Assembly (NCBI GenBank): GCA_963666835.2
Contig: CAXXGO010000006.1
Location: 512,001-576,000, forward strand
Source of the DNA: Phycisphaerae bacterium
GTDB lineage: Bacteria; Planctomycetota; Phycisphaerae; UBA1845
Length of the DNA: 64,000 nt
Direction: 5' to 3'
In this document: positions 22,441-33,444 of the stretch, in pieces
How positions within the stretch are numbered: the stretch's first letter is position 1
Layout of the letters: each line of letters begins with the position of its first letter
Program-made: the position numbers and the translations under genes
The notes under the pieces: generated by a model
What the model was told of the DNA's origin: nothing
The model's database searches: none
Seen by the model: the letters and a program-made list of their open reading frames with translations, nothing else

Positions 22441-23496
22441 GTGTCCGGAACCAAACGCGCGTTTACGCTGATAGAATTGCTGGCCGTGATTGCGATCATC
22501 GGTCTGTTGGTTGGGTTGGTGCTTCCGTCCCTGAGCCGGGCTCGGCTGCAGGGTCGTTCGGTGGTCTGCCTCGCCCACCTCGGTGAGTTCGCCAAGGGCT
22601 GGCAGATGTACGCGGACGATAACGAGAGCATCATCCTTCCGGCCCGGATGTACGACAAGCCCGGGGGCAAAACCAACCGTGAGAACTGGTACGACGTAGG
22701 CAACGGCAAGAAGTACCGCCCTCGCTGGCCGGCGATAATCGGCGTATACGTCGGGGTCCCGGCCTTCAACGAGCCTCTGACCAAGGACAAGGACGGCATC
22801 CGTGCCGATTGGCAGGACTACGATAACGAGCTCTATTCGTGCCCCACGGAAGGAACCTGGATCAATGAGCGGAACTTCGCCTACGGCTACAACTACCAGT
22901 TCCTCGGCAACGCTCGCCAGACCAACGATACATACCATCGGTTCCCGGTGGCCATGCACCGGATCAAAGCCCCCAGCAAGACCGTGGTGTTCGGAGATTG
23001 CCTGGGAACGGCCGCCGGTTACCGCGCTTCGTCGCGGTCGAGCTATAACCGGCTTGGCACGTCGTTCACCAGTATGGGGAACCATGGTTTCACGTTGGAT
23101 CCGCCTCGATTGACCGAAGACTCGGATCGCGGATCGGGCAGCGCGGACTCCACGCGTACGGCGGTGGCGGCGCGCCATCAGGAGAAGGCGAACGTCGTTT
23201 TCGCCGACGGGCACGGCGAGGGCATGCCTCCTCGTGAGCTGGGCTATCGTACAAACCGTTTCGGGCGTTTCGTGGACCACGATCCGGCCGATGAGAGCGA
23301 GCCCAGCCCTGGTGAGGACCCTGCGACCGGAGTAGCCGATGCCGGCGACTGGTTCACAGGGCGCGCCAAGACGTGTAGCGTTCTTGCCGAGTTGGATCCG
23401 GATGATGAGGTCGAGGACGGCGCTCACAACCGGTTGTTCTCCGGGACGGGCCGTGATGAGGATCCGCCCGAAATACCGCAATATGTAGAGGAATAG
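22441..23496 (+). CDS. Prepilin-type N-terminal cleavage/methylation protein (DUF1559/H-X9-DG type)
   Basis: AFTLIELLAVIAII...LPSLSRAR; RHQEKANVVFADGH; GAGGAGG RBS before GTG. Confidence 0.9.
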   Translation: MSGTKRAFTLIELLAVIAIIGLLVGLVLPSLSRARLQGRSVVCLAHLGEFAKGWQMYADDNESIILPARMYDKPGGKTNRENWYDVGNGKKYRPRWPAIIGVYVGVPAFNEPLTKDKDGIRADWQDYDNELYSCPTEGTWINERNFAYGYNYQFLGNARQTNDTYHRFPVAMHRIKAPSKTVVFGDCLGTAAGYRASSRSSYNRLGTSFTSMGNHGFTLDPPRLTEDSDRGSGSADSTRTAVAARHQEKANVVFADGHGEGMPPRELGYRTNRFGRFVDHDPADESEPSPGEDPATGVADAGDWFTGRAKTCSVLAELDPDDEVEDGAHNRLFSGTGRDEDPPEIPQYVEE

Positions 23497-23998
23497 GGCG
23501 CGTCCAACGGCGCTTTCAGGCAGGTCGAGCGTACAACTCCGCCGGTCTTGGCAACATGTGGTATCGCAGCCACGGGCGTTAACAGGGCTGAGAAGGGCCA
23601 TACACATCGTATTCGGCGGTTGGTGACGGGCGGTGTTTGCGCGTAAGATGTTGTCTGAATGTGTGATCAGCATCCGGTCCTGCCGAATGCCGTGGTAGAC
23701 TCGGGCAATACCGAATAGACGCGCCGGTATCGGATCGAAGGGCTTTCGGAGGGGAGCAGCTATCGCCGCGGTGCGGGCGTCGCGACCTCCAAAGGCATTA
23801 CCGGGATCTGCCGATTTACGATTAGAGTCTATGCGGTTTGGGACATAGACGTTTCTGAGCGAAAAGCGTCCTCTCACCTGGCTCGCGCGGTCAGGCGACC
23901 GAGGAAAGCCACTCGGCAGGCGCAACAGGTGGTGGGCTGAAGGCCGCGGGGCCTTTCCGATCAAGTAGAAGTTTCGCAAACAAGAAGGAGTGTGTTTG

Positions 23999-25804
23999 AT
24001 GAGATGTAAACTCGCCGTATTCGTACTGGGATTGAGTCTGGTGCTGTCGGGGTCCGCGTCGGCCGGCGACGTCATGAAGGAGGCGCTGGCGGGTATTCCG
24101 CAGGACGCTATCGGGTTCATCTGCGTTCCCAGTCTCAAACAACTGGATACCGACTACGCTCAGGCGATTGAAGATCTGCAGTTGGGGATGTTCGTACCGC
24201 CGCCTATGAATTCGATTGTAGAGATCCTCAAACAGCAACTGCCGATGCTGGAGGGAATCGACGGCGAAGGCTCTCTCAGTGTGGTCTTCATGCCGGCCGC
24301 GACGTTGATGGAGTTGCAGAACAGCCAGGTGTTGCTCATTCCCACGAAAGACCCCAAAGCCATGGCCGAGGCTATGGGCGGGCAGGTCGGCGAAGGAGGC
24401 ATCTGGAACATCAACATGATGGGGCAGCCGGCATTCGCGGTGTTGGGTGAGAAGCGGCTGGTAGTGGCGGCCGGCGCCGAGACGGCTAAGGCCGTCAAGG
24501 AGAGCAAAGCCGGTATCAAGGACAAACTCAAGTCCTCCGACCTCGAGGCGCTGGCCGGTTTGGACGTAGCCGTCTGGCTCGACGGCGAGAAACTCCTCAC
24601 CCTGGCCAGGCCCATGATCGACGGGCTGCTGGGTCCGGTGATGGCGATGCAGGGCGCGGCCGGTGGCTTGGATGCCAAGGCGGCCGAAATGAACAAGAAG
24701 CGGATGGAGATGTTCATGGACGGCGTCCTGTCAGTCAGCTTCGGGCTCGCGTTGGACAAGGCCGGTTTGGGGCTGCGCGGGGCGTGGACGTCCAAACCCG
24801 GCAGTGAATTGACCAAGCAGACCAAGGTCCGGCCGACAACCGATTCGCTGCTACAGGGACTCTCCGGATCGAAGTACATGTTGGCCTTCGGGCAGACCGC
24901 AGATCCGGACACGTCGCGGGCTTCTGTGGATCAACTCGATCCGTTCTTCGAAATCGGCGAGGACGTCGAGGGAATCGACCCCGCTAAGTTGACGAAGCTG
25001 AAGGGGTTGGTCAAGGAATTGGCGCCGATGACTACGGCCATGCGAGGCAGTGTTGTGTCATTGGCTCCCGGTAGCGATGGATTGGTCGGCGCAACGGTGG
25101 TCTTCGAGACGACCGACAGCAAGCGCCATTTCGAGCTGTTCGGGAAACTGTTCGACCTCGGCAAGGAGATGGCGAGCGATGCCGCCAAGATCGAAGGCGC
25201 CGACGAAGAAGAGATCAAGATGTTCGTCGATGCCGCGACCTATAAGACCGAGGCGGAGGACATCGAAGGAGTCAAAGTCCATCAGTTGAGCTTCGACCTC
25301 TCCAAGATTGAGGATTTGGAGGACGAGGACTGGCTTGAGGATCTGGCCAACATCATCGGAAAAGACGGACTCATGGTGCGCATGGCTCCGATTGATGCCA
25401 AGACCGTCGTGATCGGCTTCGGCGGTGGGAAAGACCACATGGCTTCGGCCATCAAGCATGCCGGTACGAAGAAGGCCGCCTTGGACGAAGACGCCGGAAT
25501 CAAGAAGGTGGCGGCGGTCCTACCGAAAGAGCGTGCGGCGATCTTCTGTCTTGCGATTGACCAGATTCTGATCGGGATCGACAACATCATGAAAGCCCTG
25601 GAAGAGGAAGAGGGCTTGCCGGTGAAAATGCCGATCATCGATGCCCCGATTGCCATGCAGGTCACCGGAGGTGATGGATGGGGACGCGGCGATTTGTTCC
25701 TGCCGACCGAGCTGTTGGTGGCTGGGAAGAACGCCGGAATGATGATGATGGGATCGATGATGGCGCCGCCCGAAACGCCTCCGGCGCAGCCGGAGCAACC
25801 GTAG
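23999..25804 (+). CDS. Secreted hypothetical protein (DUF3352-like architecture, tentative)
   Basis: AAGGAG RBS, signal peptide ending SASA, ~600 aa with coding-like codon use. Confidence 0.75.
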   Translation: MRCKLAVFVLGLSLVLSGSASAGDVMKEALAGIPQDAIGFICVPSLKQLDTDYAQAIEDLQLGMFVPPPMNSIVEILKQQLPMLEGIDGEGSLSVVFMPAATLMELQNSQVLLIPTKDPKAMAEAMGGQVGEGGIWNINMMGQPAFAVLGEKRLVVAAGAETAKAVKESKAGIKDKLKSSDLEALAGLDVAVWLDGEKLLTLARPMIDGLLGPVMAMQGAAGGLDAKAAEMNKKRMEMFMDGVLSVSFGLALDKAGLGLRGAWTSKPGSELTKQTKVRPTTDSLLQGLSGSKYMLAFGQTADPDTSRASVDQLDPFFEIGEDVEGIDPAKLTKLKGLVKELAPMTTAMRGSVVSLAPGSDGLVGATVVFETTDSKRHFELFGKLFDLGKEMASDAAKIEGADEEEIKMFVDAATYKTEAEDIEGVKVHQLSFDLSKIEDLEDEDWLEDLANIIGKDGLMVRMAPIDAKTVVIGFGGGKDHMASAIKHAGTKKAALDEDAGIKKVAAVLPKERAAIFCLAIDQILIGIDNIMKALEEEEGLPVKMPIIDAPIAMQVTGGDGWGRGDLFLPTELLVAGKNAGMMMMGSMMAPPETPPAQPEQP

Positions 25805-25870
25805 ATTCTGCAGGTGGATGTCTGACGCGATGGCGGCACTTGCGCCATCACGAGATTGGAGGGAGAGACT

Positions 25871-28117
25871 ATGGGAAGGACCATTGTGTTCAGGTCAGTG
25901 ATTCTCCCGGCGGTGTTGTTGGTCGGCTTCGCGGCCGCCGCGCTCTGCCGGGCGCAGACTCCGAAGGCGGCGCCCACTCCACCGCCGGCGACAGCCGAGC
26001 CGGCCGAGACCGCTCCACCGCCGGCAACAGCCGAGCCGGTTGAGACCACGCCACCGCCTGCGGAAGCCGAGCCGGTTGAGAGTGCGGCGGCACCGGTGGT
26101 GGCCGAGGCTGCCCCGGCCGATACAGAGCCGGAACTCAAACCGCGCTTCGAACTGTACGTTCCGTCGGCCCGGAAGTTGGCGTCGGAGCTTCAGCGATCG
26201 CGGAGCGGCAAGTTCGCAAGCCTGCTGAGCCGGATGATGTTGGAACTGGCCGATTCCTCTGCGGAGGGCGTGGATGTCGGCGAGGCCACGGCTCTGGCGC
26301 AGCGGATCGGCGACTGGCCGGATTCCGCGATTGTCGTCAGCGTGTTCGCGCCGGATACCGAAGGCCGGCTGCGCTGGGCGGCGCGGTTCGATTGGTCCGT
26401 CGAGGATCTCGGCAAGCGGATCGAGGCCTTGATCAAGCTCGAAGCGGCCTCGGAGATGTTCGAAGGGCTTTCGCTGAAGGGCTGCGGTGAGAGCGGTTAT
26501 GAGCTGGTCCTGCGGGATACGCCGCTGGGCATTCTGGCTTCGGCCGGCGACGCTCAGGCGTATGTGCAGTCGCATGCGGATCTTCCCCTGCCGGATAAGC
26601 CGTTTACCGGCACGGAAGAGACGACTAAGGACGGTGCTCCGCTGGTGGTCTGCCGGTTGAACCTGGCCGGTACGGAGAAGGACAGCGGTGCCACATTCAT
26701 GTCATCGTTCAGCATTGTGACCGACGTAGTCTACGCCGGTCGGGTTGCGGAGGACGGCGGCTGGGCCGAGGAGGTTTACGTTCACTGGCCGCCGATTGCC
26801 GGGATGGGGGCCAAAGCCATGTTCGGCAAGGTCAAACAGACCTTCTTCGTTCCCCAAGAGGCTTTCGCCGCCGCGGCCTTCAAGACCGTGGCGGCTCCCG
26901 GAATACTCGAGCAGATGGCCGGCCTGGGGCAGCAGGTTATTATGGAATCTCCGGGACAGATCACCGTTATGGGAGATCCAGCGCCCGGACCGCTGGTCGC
27001 GGCGGTCGGAACGGAACTTTGTGTTACGCTCATGCCGGGTACCGGTTTTCTGCCGGCGCCGGATATCGTCGTGCAGGCGAAGATCAAGGACCCCGAAGAG
27101 CTGATGGAGGATCTCGAGCTCGCTGCGGAGGACGTGAATGACGAACTGCGAGAGCGCGAGCAGCCGGCGGCGTGGCGCAAGGCTACCGTGCGCGAGCGGA
27201 CGGTGATCTGGAGCGACGGCACCGGGCACGTTCCCGGGGCGTACTTGCCGTTCATCATGCGGCCGGTGTTGTTTGCCACTACCGAGACCGACGCGTTGGG
27301 CAAAGACAAGAACTTCCTGGTCATGGGTTGGACCACTACCAGCCCGAGGAACTTCGTTCGGCGGTGGCTGGATCAGCCGCGGCAAGATCCGCGTCATCTG
27401 CCGTTGAAGAAGAAGACAAACGGGCAGATGTGGGTCAATTGGGGGCAGGTCTACAAGTGGATCGCCCCCTATGCCAATACCGCGCTCAGTGCGGTCGTGC
27501 GAGACAGCCTGTTACCGAGTGCCGATGATATGGCAGCCGACCTTACGGACGGCCTGGTCACCATGAAGACCAGATATTCCGGCTTGCGCGTGGCCCATAC
27601 GGGACCGTTGCCGGTGGGGGCCTTTGTCGTGCCGTTGCTGGCCGGGATATCGGCGGCGCCGGACGAGTCCGGCGAGAGCGATTTGGCCCGCGAGCGACTG
27701 GCCAGTCAACGTCTGAAGGTGCTTTATCACCATTCCAAGCTGTTTCACAAGGATGTGGGGCGCTGGCCGGCGGAGGTGGCGGAACTCGAGGGCTATGTGG
27801 ATTTCGCCGGAAACCCCGGGTTGCTCCACCTGGAGCTATCCTCGCGCAAGGCGCGGAGCAACTGGTTCGAAGGGTTATTCGAGGTTGAAGACGAAGAGGA
27901 ACTGGAGGAAGAAGAGGAAGAAGGCGGGGTCGGCGTGGGTATCGACGACGATTTGTACGTAATCGAATGGGGCCGGGACTCCTGGCGCTTGGGGTTGGCT
28001 CCCGACACGCTCGAACACCTCGAGAAGCTATACATCGACCAGGACGGCGAAGTCCACCGGGTCGTGAAGACGGAAACGGAAGAGGGAAAGCAGGAATCCG
28101 AGGGCGGAGAGGTTTGA
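25871..28117 (+). CDS. Secreted hypothetical protein with Pro/Ala N-terminal repeats and a C-terminal pilin-like segment
   Basis: Signal peptide; three 36-bp repeats at about 25979-26086; C-terminal ARERLASQRLKVLYHHSKLFHKDVGRWP. Confidence 0.75.
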   Translation: MGRTIVFRSVILPAVLLVGFAAAALCRAQTPKAAPTPPPATAEPAETAPPPATAEPVETTPPPAEAEPVESAAAPVVAEAAPADTEPELKPRFELYVPSARKLASELQRSRSGKFASLLSRMMLELADSSAEGVDVGEATALAQRIGDWPDSAIVVSVFAPDTEGRLRWAARFDWSVEDLGKRIEALIKLEAASEMFEGLSLKGCGESGYELVLRDTPLGILASAGDAQAYVQSHADLPLPDKPFTGTEETTKDGAPLVVCRLNLAGTEKDSGATFMSSFSIVTDVVYAGRVAEDGGWAEEVYVHWPPIAGMGAKAMFGKVKQTFFVPQEAFAAAAFKTVAAPGILEQMAGLGQQVIMESPGQITVMGDPAPGPLVAAVGTELCVTLMPGTGFLPAPDIVVQAKIKDPEELMEDLELAAEDVNDELREREQPAAWRKATVRERTVIWSDGTGHVPGAYLPFIMRPVLFATTETDALGKDKNFLVMGWTTTSPRNFVRRWLDQPRQDPRHLPLKKKTNGQMWVNWGQVYKWIAPYANTALSAVVRDSLLPSADDMAADLTDGLVTMKTRYSGLRVAHTGPLPVGAFVVPLLAGISAAPDESGESDLARERLASQRLKVLYHHSKLFHKDVGRWPAEVAELEGYVDFAGNPGLLHLELSSRKARSNWFEGLFEVEDEEELEEEEEEGGVGVGIDDDLYVIEWGRDSWRLGLAPDTLEHLEKLYIDQDGEVHRVVKTETEEGKQESEGGEV

Positions 28118-28215
28118 TCGATTGACGAGCCGAGCGGTCCTTTGCAGACGGACAGCGGAGGACGACGGGCGGAATCAATCGAGAACCTTGCGAACTTAAC
28201 AAAGGAGTTGCTCCT

Positions 28216-30087
28216 ATGAAACGTTGGGCGAGTGTAATGCTGTTGGGGTTGGTGATGGTCGTTCCGGCTATCGCCGCTGACAAGCCGGCGGCTACGGAAG
28301 AGGACGCCGAGAAGACGGTAGAGAATCCTATTCTCCGGCTGGCGGAGTTGCGGCTGGACGAATACGTCGTACCCGCGCGGATGGTGAACTTGCCGTTGCC
28401 GGGTAGGACGCGGACGCTGCAGGACGTTCTCGACCGGTTCGAAGAGTGGGCCGAGGACGATAAGATCGGCGCGATCTTGCTGGATGTCGGGTCGCTGTCG
28501 TTGCCGCTGCCGGATGTGGAAGAACTCCGCACCGGTATTATGAAGCTTCGCGAGGCGGACAAACACGTCTTGGCCTATCTCAATTCGAGCAGCCCCGGCG
28601 GCTATCTGCTGGCTTGCGCGGCGGATGAGGTGGCGATGGGTCCGACCGGCGGCCTGATGATCCCGGGGCTCGGCGGCGTAGTGCCGTTCATGAAGGGCTA
28701 TTACCAGATGCGCGGGATCGAGTACGAAGTGATCACCGCCGGGAAATACAAATACGGCGGAATGGTAAACAACCGCCAGCCCAACGAGTACTTCCTCGAA
28801 GAATACAATGCCATCTTCGACAGCATGTTCGGCGACTACAAACGAATGATCGCCGAAGGACGGGACCTTACCGAGGAAGCCGTTGAAGATGCCATTGATA
28901 TGGCCCTGTTCGACGCCGATCAGGCGCTGCAGCACGGGCTGGTCGATACCTTGGCCTATTACGACGAGTACCGCGATCGGGTCCTGCGCCGCGAGAAGAT
29001 GAAGCGGATGCGCGGGGATGACGACGACCTGGCCAACGTGAACTCGATCCAGGACTTGATGGAGTTGGTCAACGATGCGATGCAGGAAGCCGCCGAGGCC
29101 CAGAAGGCGGTCGGGCCGAAGATCGCGGTGCTCCACGCCCGCGGGCCGATCATCGACGTGAATCTGGGGTCCGCCTACGCCTCCACGCTGATTTGCCGGG
29201 ACGATTTCGGTAAGGTGGTCGACGAGCTGCGCAAGAACAAGTCGATCAAGGCCGTGGTAATGCGGATCGATTCGCCCGGCGGTTCCGGCTATGCCTCCGA
29301 CGTGATCTGGCGCAAACTGCGTCAGCTTGACGAGGAGAAGCCGTTGGTGGTCAGTCAGGGGCAGGTGGCCGCGTCCGGCGGTTACTATCTGTCTTGCCCG
29401 GCGCGGCGCATCTTTGCTCAACCGACGACCATTACCGGCTCCATCGGGGTCATCGGAATGGTCCAGTGTGCGTGGTCGCTCTACAACCGCATGGACGTCG
29501 AGATGGCCGAAGTGGCCCGCGGCGAGCGGGCCCTGTTCGGCAGACCTCACCGCGAGCTGTCCAAAACGGACCGGGAGTTCCTTCAGAAGTATATGGACAA
29601 CTTCTACGATGTGTTCGTGGGCCGCGTAGCTGCAACCCGCAAGATGCCCGCCGACGAAGTACGCAAGATCGCCGGGGGGCGGATCTGGAGCGGGCGCGAT
29701 GCGCTGGAGATCGGCTTGGTAGATGAGCTGGGCGGCCTGGCGGAAGCGATTGAGTCGGCTCGGAGCCTGGCCAACATCCCGCCGAGCGCCGAGTTGAAGA
29801 TCGTGCACTACCCGCGGGCGGGTAGCCTGGGCGAGTTGCTCGCGGGCTTTACGTCGGTCGGCGTCTCTCAGGTGATGGAGTCGTTCTCGAACGGCATTAA
29901 TGCGGCTGAGCCGGTTTCGTTTGAGCGGCAGCTCCAGTTCTTCTCGCAGCGGCTGATGCCGTTGTGCTGGCTGCCGATGCCGGGTCTGGTGAACAACCCG
30001 CAGCCGGCGCTGGGCATGCAGATGCTCCAGCCGTCCGGGGCGGTTCCGGCGGCCGATTTTGGCATGCTGCCGGGAATGAGCCGGTAG
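28216..30087 (+). CDS. sppA: Signal peptide peptidase SppA, two-domain type (S49)
   Basis: RIDSPGGS, VAASGGYY, TITGSIGV, AGGRIWSG, GLVDELGG and AGKYK motifs. Confidence 0.92.
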   Translation: MKRWASVMLLGLVMVVPAIAADKPAATEEDAEKTVENPILRLAELRLDEYVVPARMVNLPLPGRTRTLQDVLDRFEEWAEDDKIGAILLDVGSLSLPLPDVEELRTGIMKLREADKHVLAYLNSSSPGGYLLACAADEVAMGPTGGLMIPGLGGVVPFMKGYYQMRGIEYEVITAGKYKYGGMVNNRQPNEYFLEEYNAIFDSMFGDYKRMIAEGRDLTEEAVEDAIDMALFDADQALQHGLVDTLAYYDEYRDRVLRREKMKRMRGDDDDLANVNSIQDLMELVNDAMQEAAEAQKAVGPKIAVLHARGPIIDVNLGSAYASTLICRDDFGKVVDELRKNKSIKAVVMRIDSPGGSGYASDVIWRKLRQLDEEKPLVVSQGQVAASGGYYLSCPARRIFAQPTTITGSIGVIGMVQCAWSLYNRMDVEMAEVARGERALFGRPHRELSKTDREFLQKYMDNFYDVFVGRVAATRKMPADEVRKIAGGRIWSGRDALEIGLVDELGGLAEAIESARSLANIPPSAELKIVHYPRAGSLGELLAGFTSVGVSQVMESFSNGINAAEPVSFERQLQFFSQRLMPLCWLPMPGLVNNPQPALGMQMLQPSGAVPAADFGMLPGMSR

Positions 30088-30119
30088 ACCTGCGGCGCCA
30101 GAAATGTCTCGAACAATCG

Positions 30120-30153
30120 AGGGCGAGCCCGAAACCCGGGCTCGCCCTTTTCT
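30120..30153 (+). terminator. Rho-independent terminator after sppA
   Basis: Stem AGGGCGAGCCCG / CGGGCTCGCCCT followed by a T-run. Confidence 0.8.
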
Positions 30154-30466
30154 TATGCGGCATGCACGGCCTCAGGGGCCGCAACCGGTTCACGCGGGGT
30201 CCGCGGGATACGCCGTGCGAGGCGCGGAAAGACCCGAGAGCTGATCTGTTGACGTTATAGGACGTTGACACCCCCGTTGTCCGGGGTGATGGCACCTACG
30301 TCTGGTTGCACCAAAGCGCGTTTCGCCTGCCCGATACTACTTATTATGGGCCGGTCTGAAGTGGCGTTGCTTTCCGGTCGACAAGCTATCGGAGCTTCTT
30401 CCTTGGGCGCGCAGTCCCCGCCCGCACCCGGCGTGCGGACGGGCGAGGCGGGCTCAGAGACGCCGT

Positions 30467-31822
30467 ATGTGGCCATTCAGGACCATTCTGTACTTCCTGT
30501 GCTTCTGGCTCGGGTGTTTCGCCGCCCTGGTGAATCCGATCTGGGGGGTCGTCAATTATGTGATGGCCTACCAGATGAACCCACCGATTACCTGGTGGGG
30601 CACTCCGCTGGTGAACATCGGGATGCGGTTCTCGATGCTCGCGATCGGGTTCACGCTTCTGGGGCTCATCACCGGTCGGCGGCACGTGCCCGACGCCAGG
30701 CCGCGGGGGAGCATGTGGGAACTCGGCGTGTTGGGCCTGATCGCCATCGCGGTCCTGGCTATCCCCCTGGGAATCGGGTACTCCGGGACCGCCCAATACG
30801 CCTTCGAGAAGTTCTGGAAGCTGCAGGTGTTTGTGCTGATTCTCGTGCGGCTGGTGACCACCCGGCGTAATCTGAAGCTGCTGATCTGGGCGATTGTCGG
30901 GGGCAGCTTCTATCTCGGTTATGACGCGTTCACGGCACCGTACCGTTCGTTCCTGCTCGGCCGCCTGGAAGCGTTCGGCGGTCCGGACATCTCCACGTCG
31001 TCCGGAGCCTCCGCGCATCTCGTCGCTATGCTCCCGATCATCGGGATCGCCTTTTTGATTTCCAAGCAGTGGAAATGGAAGATCGCCGCGGCGATTACCG
31101 GTGGGTTCACCTTCAATGCCGTCGTGCTGTGCCGGACCCGCTCGGCATTCGTCGGGCTCCTTTGCGGTCTTATCGCGGCGGTGTTGATGGCCCCGCGAAC
31201 GCGTCGATACCGGATCTACTCGCTGCTGGCAGTGGGCTCGGTGGTCGCCTTTTCGCTGACCGACTCCAACTTCCGCGAACGAATGAACACATTGACCACG
31301 CGCGAAACCCTCGACAAGGACGAGGCGGTGGTCGCCCGCGTGGACATTGTCCGGGCGGCTACGGAAATGCTCAGCGACCACCCGATGGGCGTGGGTCTGG
31401 GCAACTTCTCGCGAATCATCGGCCAGTACGACTCCCGGCATCGCAACCGGTCCCCCCACAACACTTTGGTAATGGCGTTCTGTGAGCTCGGTATTCTCGG
31501 CGGGCTTCTGTTCATGGCCATCTGCGCGGAGTCCGTTCGGCTCATATACAAATGCTCCCGGCTGGCCAACCAGACCGGCGCTCCGCTTGAAACGAAGCTA
31601 ATCGCCTACGGCCTGCTCGTTTCCGTGGTCAGCTATCTGGTCGCCGGGTTGGGTACCGAGCGTTTCTCGTGCGAGTCGTTCTGGTGGGTGCTGGCGCTAC
31701 CTTTGTGTCTGTATCGCATCGTCTATCAGGAGATCCACGTACCGGTATCGGAGCCGGTTCCGGCGCTGCAGCCGGCACTGGCGGAGCACGTCCCCGCTTG
31801 GCGGAGCCCGCAGTATGGATGA
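30467..31822 (+). CDS. O-antigen ligase/polymerase (Wzy_C) family protein
   Basis: Multi-TM protein; TRSAFVGL, HPMGVGLGNF, PHNTLV..ELGILG motifs. Confidence 0.88.
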   Translation: MWPFRTILYFLCFWLGCFAALVNPIWGVVNYVMAYQMNPPITWWGTPLVNIGMRFSMLAIGFTLLGLITGRRHVPDARPRGSMWELGVLGLIAIAVLAIPLGIGYSGTAQYAFEKFWKLQVFVLILVRLVTTRRNLKLLIWAIVGGSFYLGYDAFTAPYRSFLLGRLEAFGGPDISTSSGASAHLVAMLPIIGIAFLISKQWKWKIAAAITGGFTFNAVVLCRTRSAFVGLLCGLIAAVLMAPRTRRYRIYSLLAVGSVVAFSLTDSNFRERMNTLTTRETLDKDEAVVARVDIVRAATEMLSDHPMGVGLGNFSRIIGQYDSRHRNRSPHNTLVMAFCELGILGGLLFMAICAESVRLIYKCSRLANQTGAPLETKLIAYGLLVSVVSYLVAGLGTERFSCESFWWVLALPLCLYRIVYQEIHVPVSEPVPALQPALAEHVPAWRSPQYG

Positions 31823-33014
31823 TAACCGGCCGGGCTTGGTAGCGCACGTGCTCGAGTCGCTTGAAGGCGGCGGAACGGAGCGGACCCTCACGGCTCTGCT
31901 GGCCGCGTTCGATCCACGCAGGCTGCGCCACGAGATCGTAACCCTGCGGAAAGCGGGCCGGCTCGCCGAGCGTTTGCCGGATCACGCGGCTTGCCGACCG
32001 CTTGAAGCGCAGGGGCGTGCGCGGCTGACCGGGTTACGGCTGGCCCGGGTCCTTCGAAAAAGCGGCGCAGAGATCGTCCACGCCCGCAATACGTGCTGCT
32101 GGGCCGACGCGCTGCTTGCCCGGTTGTTTCTTCCGGGTATCCGTCTTGTTCTGGGGTTCCATGGACTGGACAACGGTGAACTGTTCTCTGTTCGGCAACG
32201 GCGGCTGGCCCGTTGGGGTATACGCCTGGGGGCACGGTTCACCAGCGTTTCCGAAGCCGGTCGGCGGCAGTTGCAGGACCAAGCAGGGGTCCCCCCCCAC
32301 CTTGTCGAAGTGATCGCCAACGGAGTGGATCTGACGCGATTCTCTGTACCCCAATCCACCGCCCGGCGTCGTGTGCGGCGAGTTCTGCGCTTTGGCGAAT
32401 CGGATCTCGCGGTAGGGATCGTCGGCTCCCTGAGCGCGGTCAAAGGCCACAAGGTGCTCTTGGATGCTCTGGTTCGAGCTTCGGCGGCGGTGCCTTCGCT
32501 TACGGCCTGCATCGTCGGCGACGGTCCGCAGCGTTCATCCCTCCAAGAGAAGGCCCATTCCGCGGGTTTAGCTGATCGGGTCCGATTCACCGGTTGGCGC
32601 GAAGGCGTTGCGAGGTTGTTGCCGGCTATGGACCTCTATGTGTGCAGCAGCCTGTCCGAGGGGATGAACAACGCCTTGCTGGAGGCTATGGCCTCGGGAC
32701 TTCCGGTCGTAGCGACGGACGTGGGAGACAATGCCCGCGTCATCCGCGACGAGGTGGACGGCCTGATCGCGGCACCCGGTTCCATCGAGTCGCTGGCAGT
32801 TGCAATAGTGAGACTTGCCCGGGACTCCGGCACACGCCGGGAGTTCGCCGTGGCCGCCCGCCGGCGGGTCGAGAGCTTCGATTTCCGGCAAACCGTCGCC
32901 GCGTATGAGCGTTACTACGGGGACCTCCTCAATCCCCGGGGAGCGCTAGAGGGTGAGGCACCGACCGGCACGCCGGATAGAAGCGGTCCCAAGAGCCTCT
33001 CGTTGGCAAGATGA
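31815..33014 (+). CDS. Glycosyltransferase family 4
   Basis: GGTER, NGVD, KGH and EGMNNALLEAMASGLPVVATDVG motifs. Confidence 0.92.
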   Translation: MDDNRPGLVAHVLESLEGGGTERTLTALLAAFDPRRLRHEIVTLRKAGRLAERLPDHAACRPLEAQGRARLTGLRLARVLRKSGAEIVHARNTCCWADALLARLFLPGIRLVLGFHGLDNGELFSVRQRRLARWGIRLGARFTSVSEAGRRQLQDQAGVPPHLVEVIANGVDLTRFSVPQSTARRRVRRVLRFGESDLAVGIVGSLSAVKGHKVLLDALVRASAAVPSLTACIVGDGPQRSSLQEKAHSAGLADRVRFTGWREGVARLLPAMDLYVCSSLSEGMNNALLEAMASGLPVVATDVGDNARVIRDEVDGLIAAPGSIESLAVAIVRLARDSGTRREFAVAARRRVESFDFRQTVAAYERYYGDLLNPRGALEGEAPTGTPDRSGPKSLSLAR

Positions 33015-33444
33015 TCAAGCGACGTCCGTCCCGGCGAAGGTTATGGGACCATTTCCCTGGGGAATCACCTCACTGCGGTGGCGGGGGGTGTTTCGAATAT
33101 AGGGACCATCACCTGCCGTTCGGCGAGCCCACCCGCTGAGTCGGCTGTGGGGATCCCATCGGTAGGGAGGGCGCTCGGAGGGTCCGGTAATGCAACCTGT
33201 AATTTGGTCCGTGCGGTCCACCTGCAAGACCGTCCGTCCTTAAGCCTCAAGCGCCCCTCGTTCGCGTCCGAAAAGACAAGTGTACGCGGTTTCTCCGCGC
33301 GGACTGCGCGGGGAGTTACGCGCTGTCGGCTGGCCCGATATGAGCCTTCTGCTGAAAGGTGGGAACCTCGACGGCAGTGTAGTTAGCGCGGGTTATCGGC
33401 GCCGCGACGGCGCATCCGTTTCTCTGGAAGAGACAGGATAAGCA

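Noticed and set aside
22234..24138. 634-aa minus-strand ORF
   Set aside because: Antisense shadow of the prepilin gene in GC-rich DNA; no motifs.
27793..29808. 671-aa minus-strand ORF (likewise 17897-19141, 47880-49232, 12319-13533)
   Set aside because: Antisense shadows of sppA, groEL, miaB and hppA.
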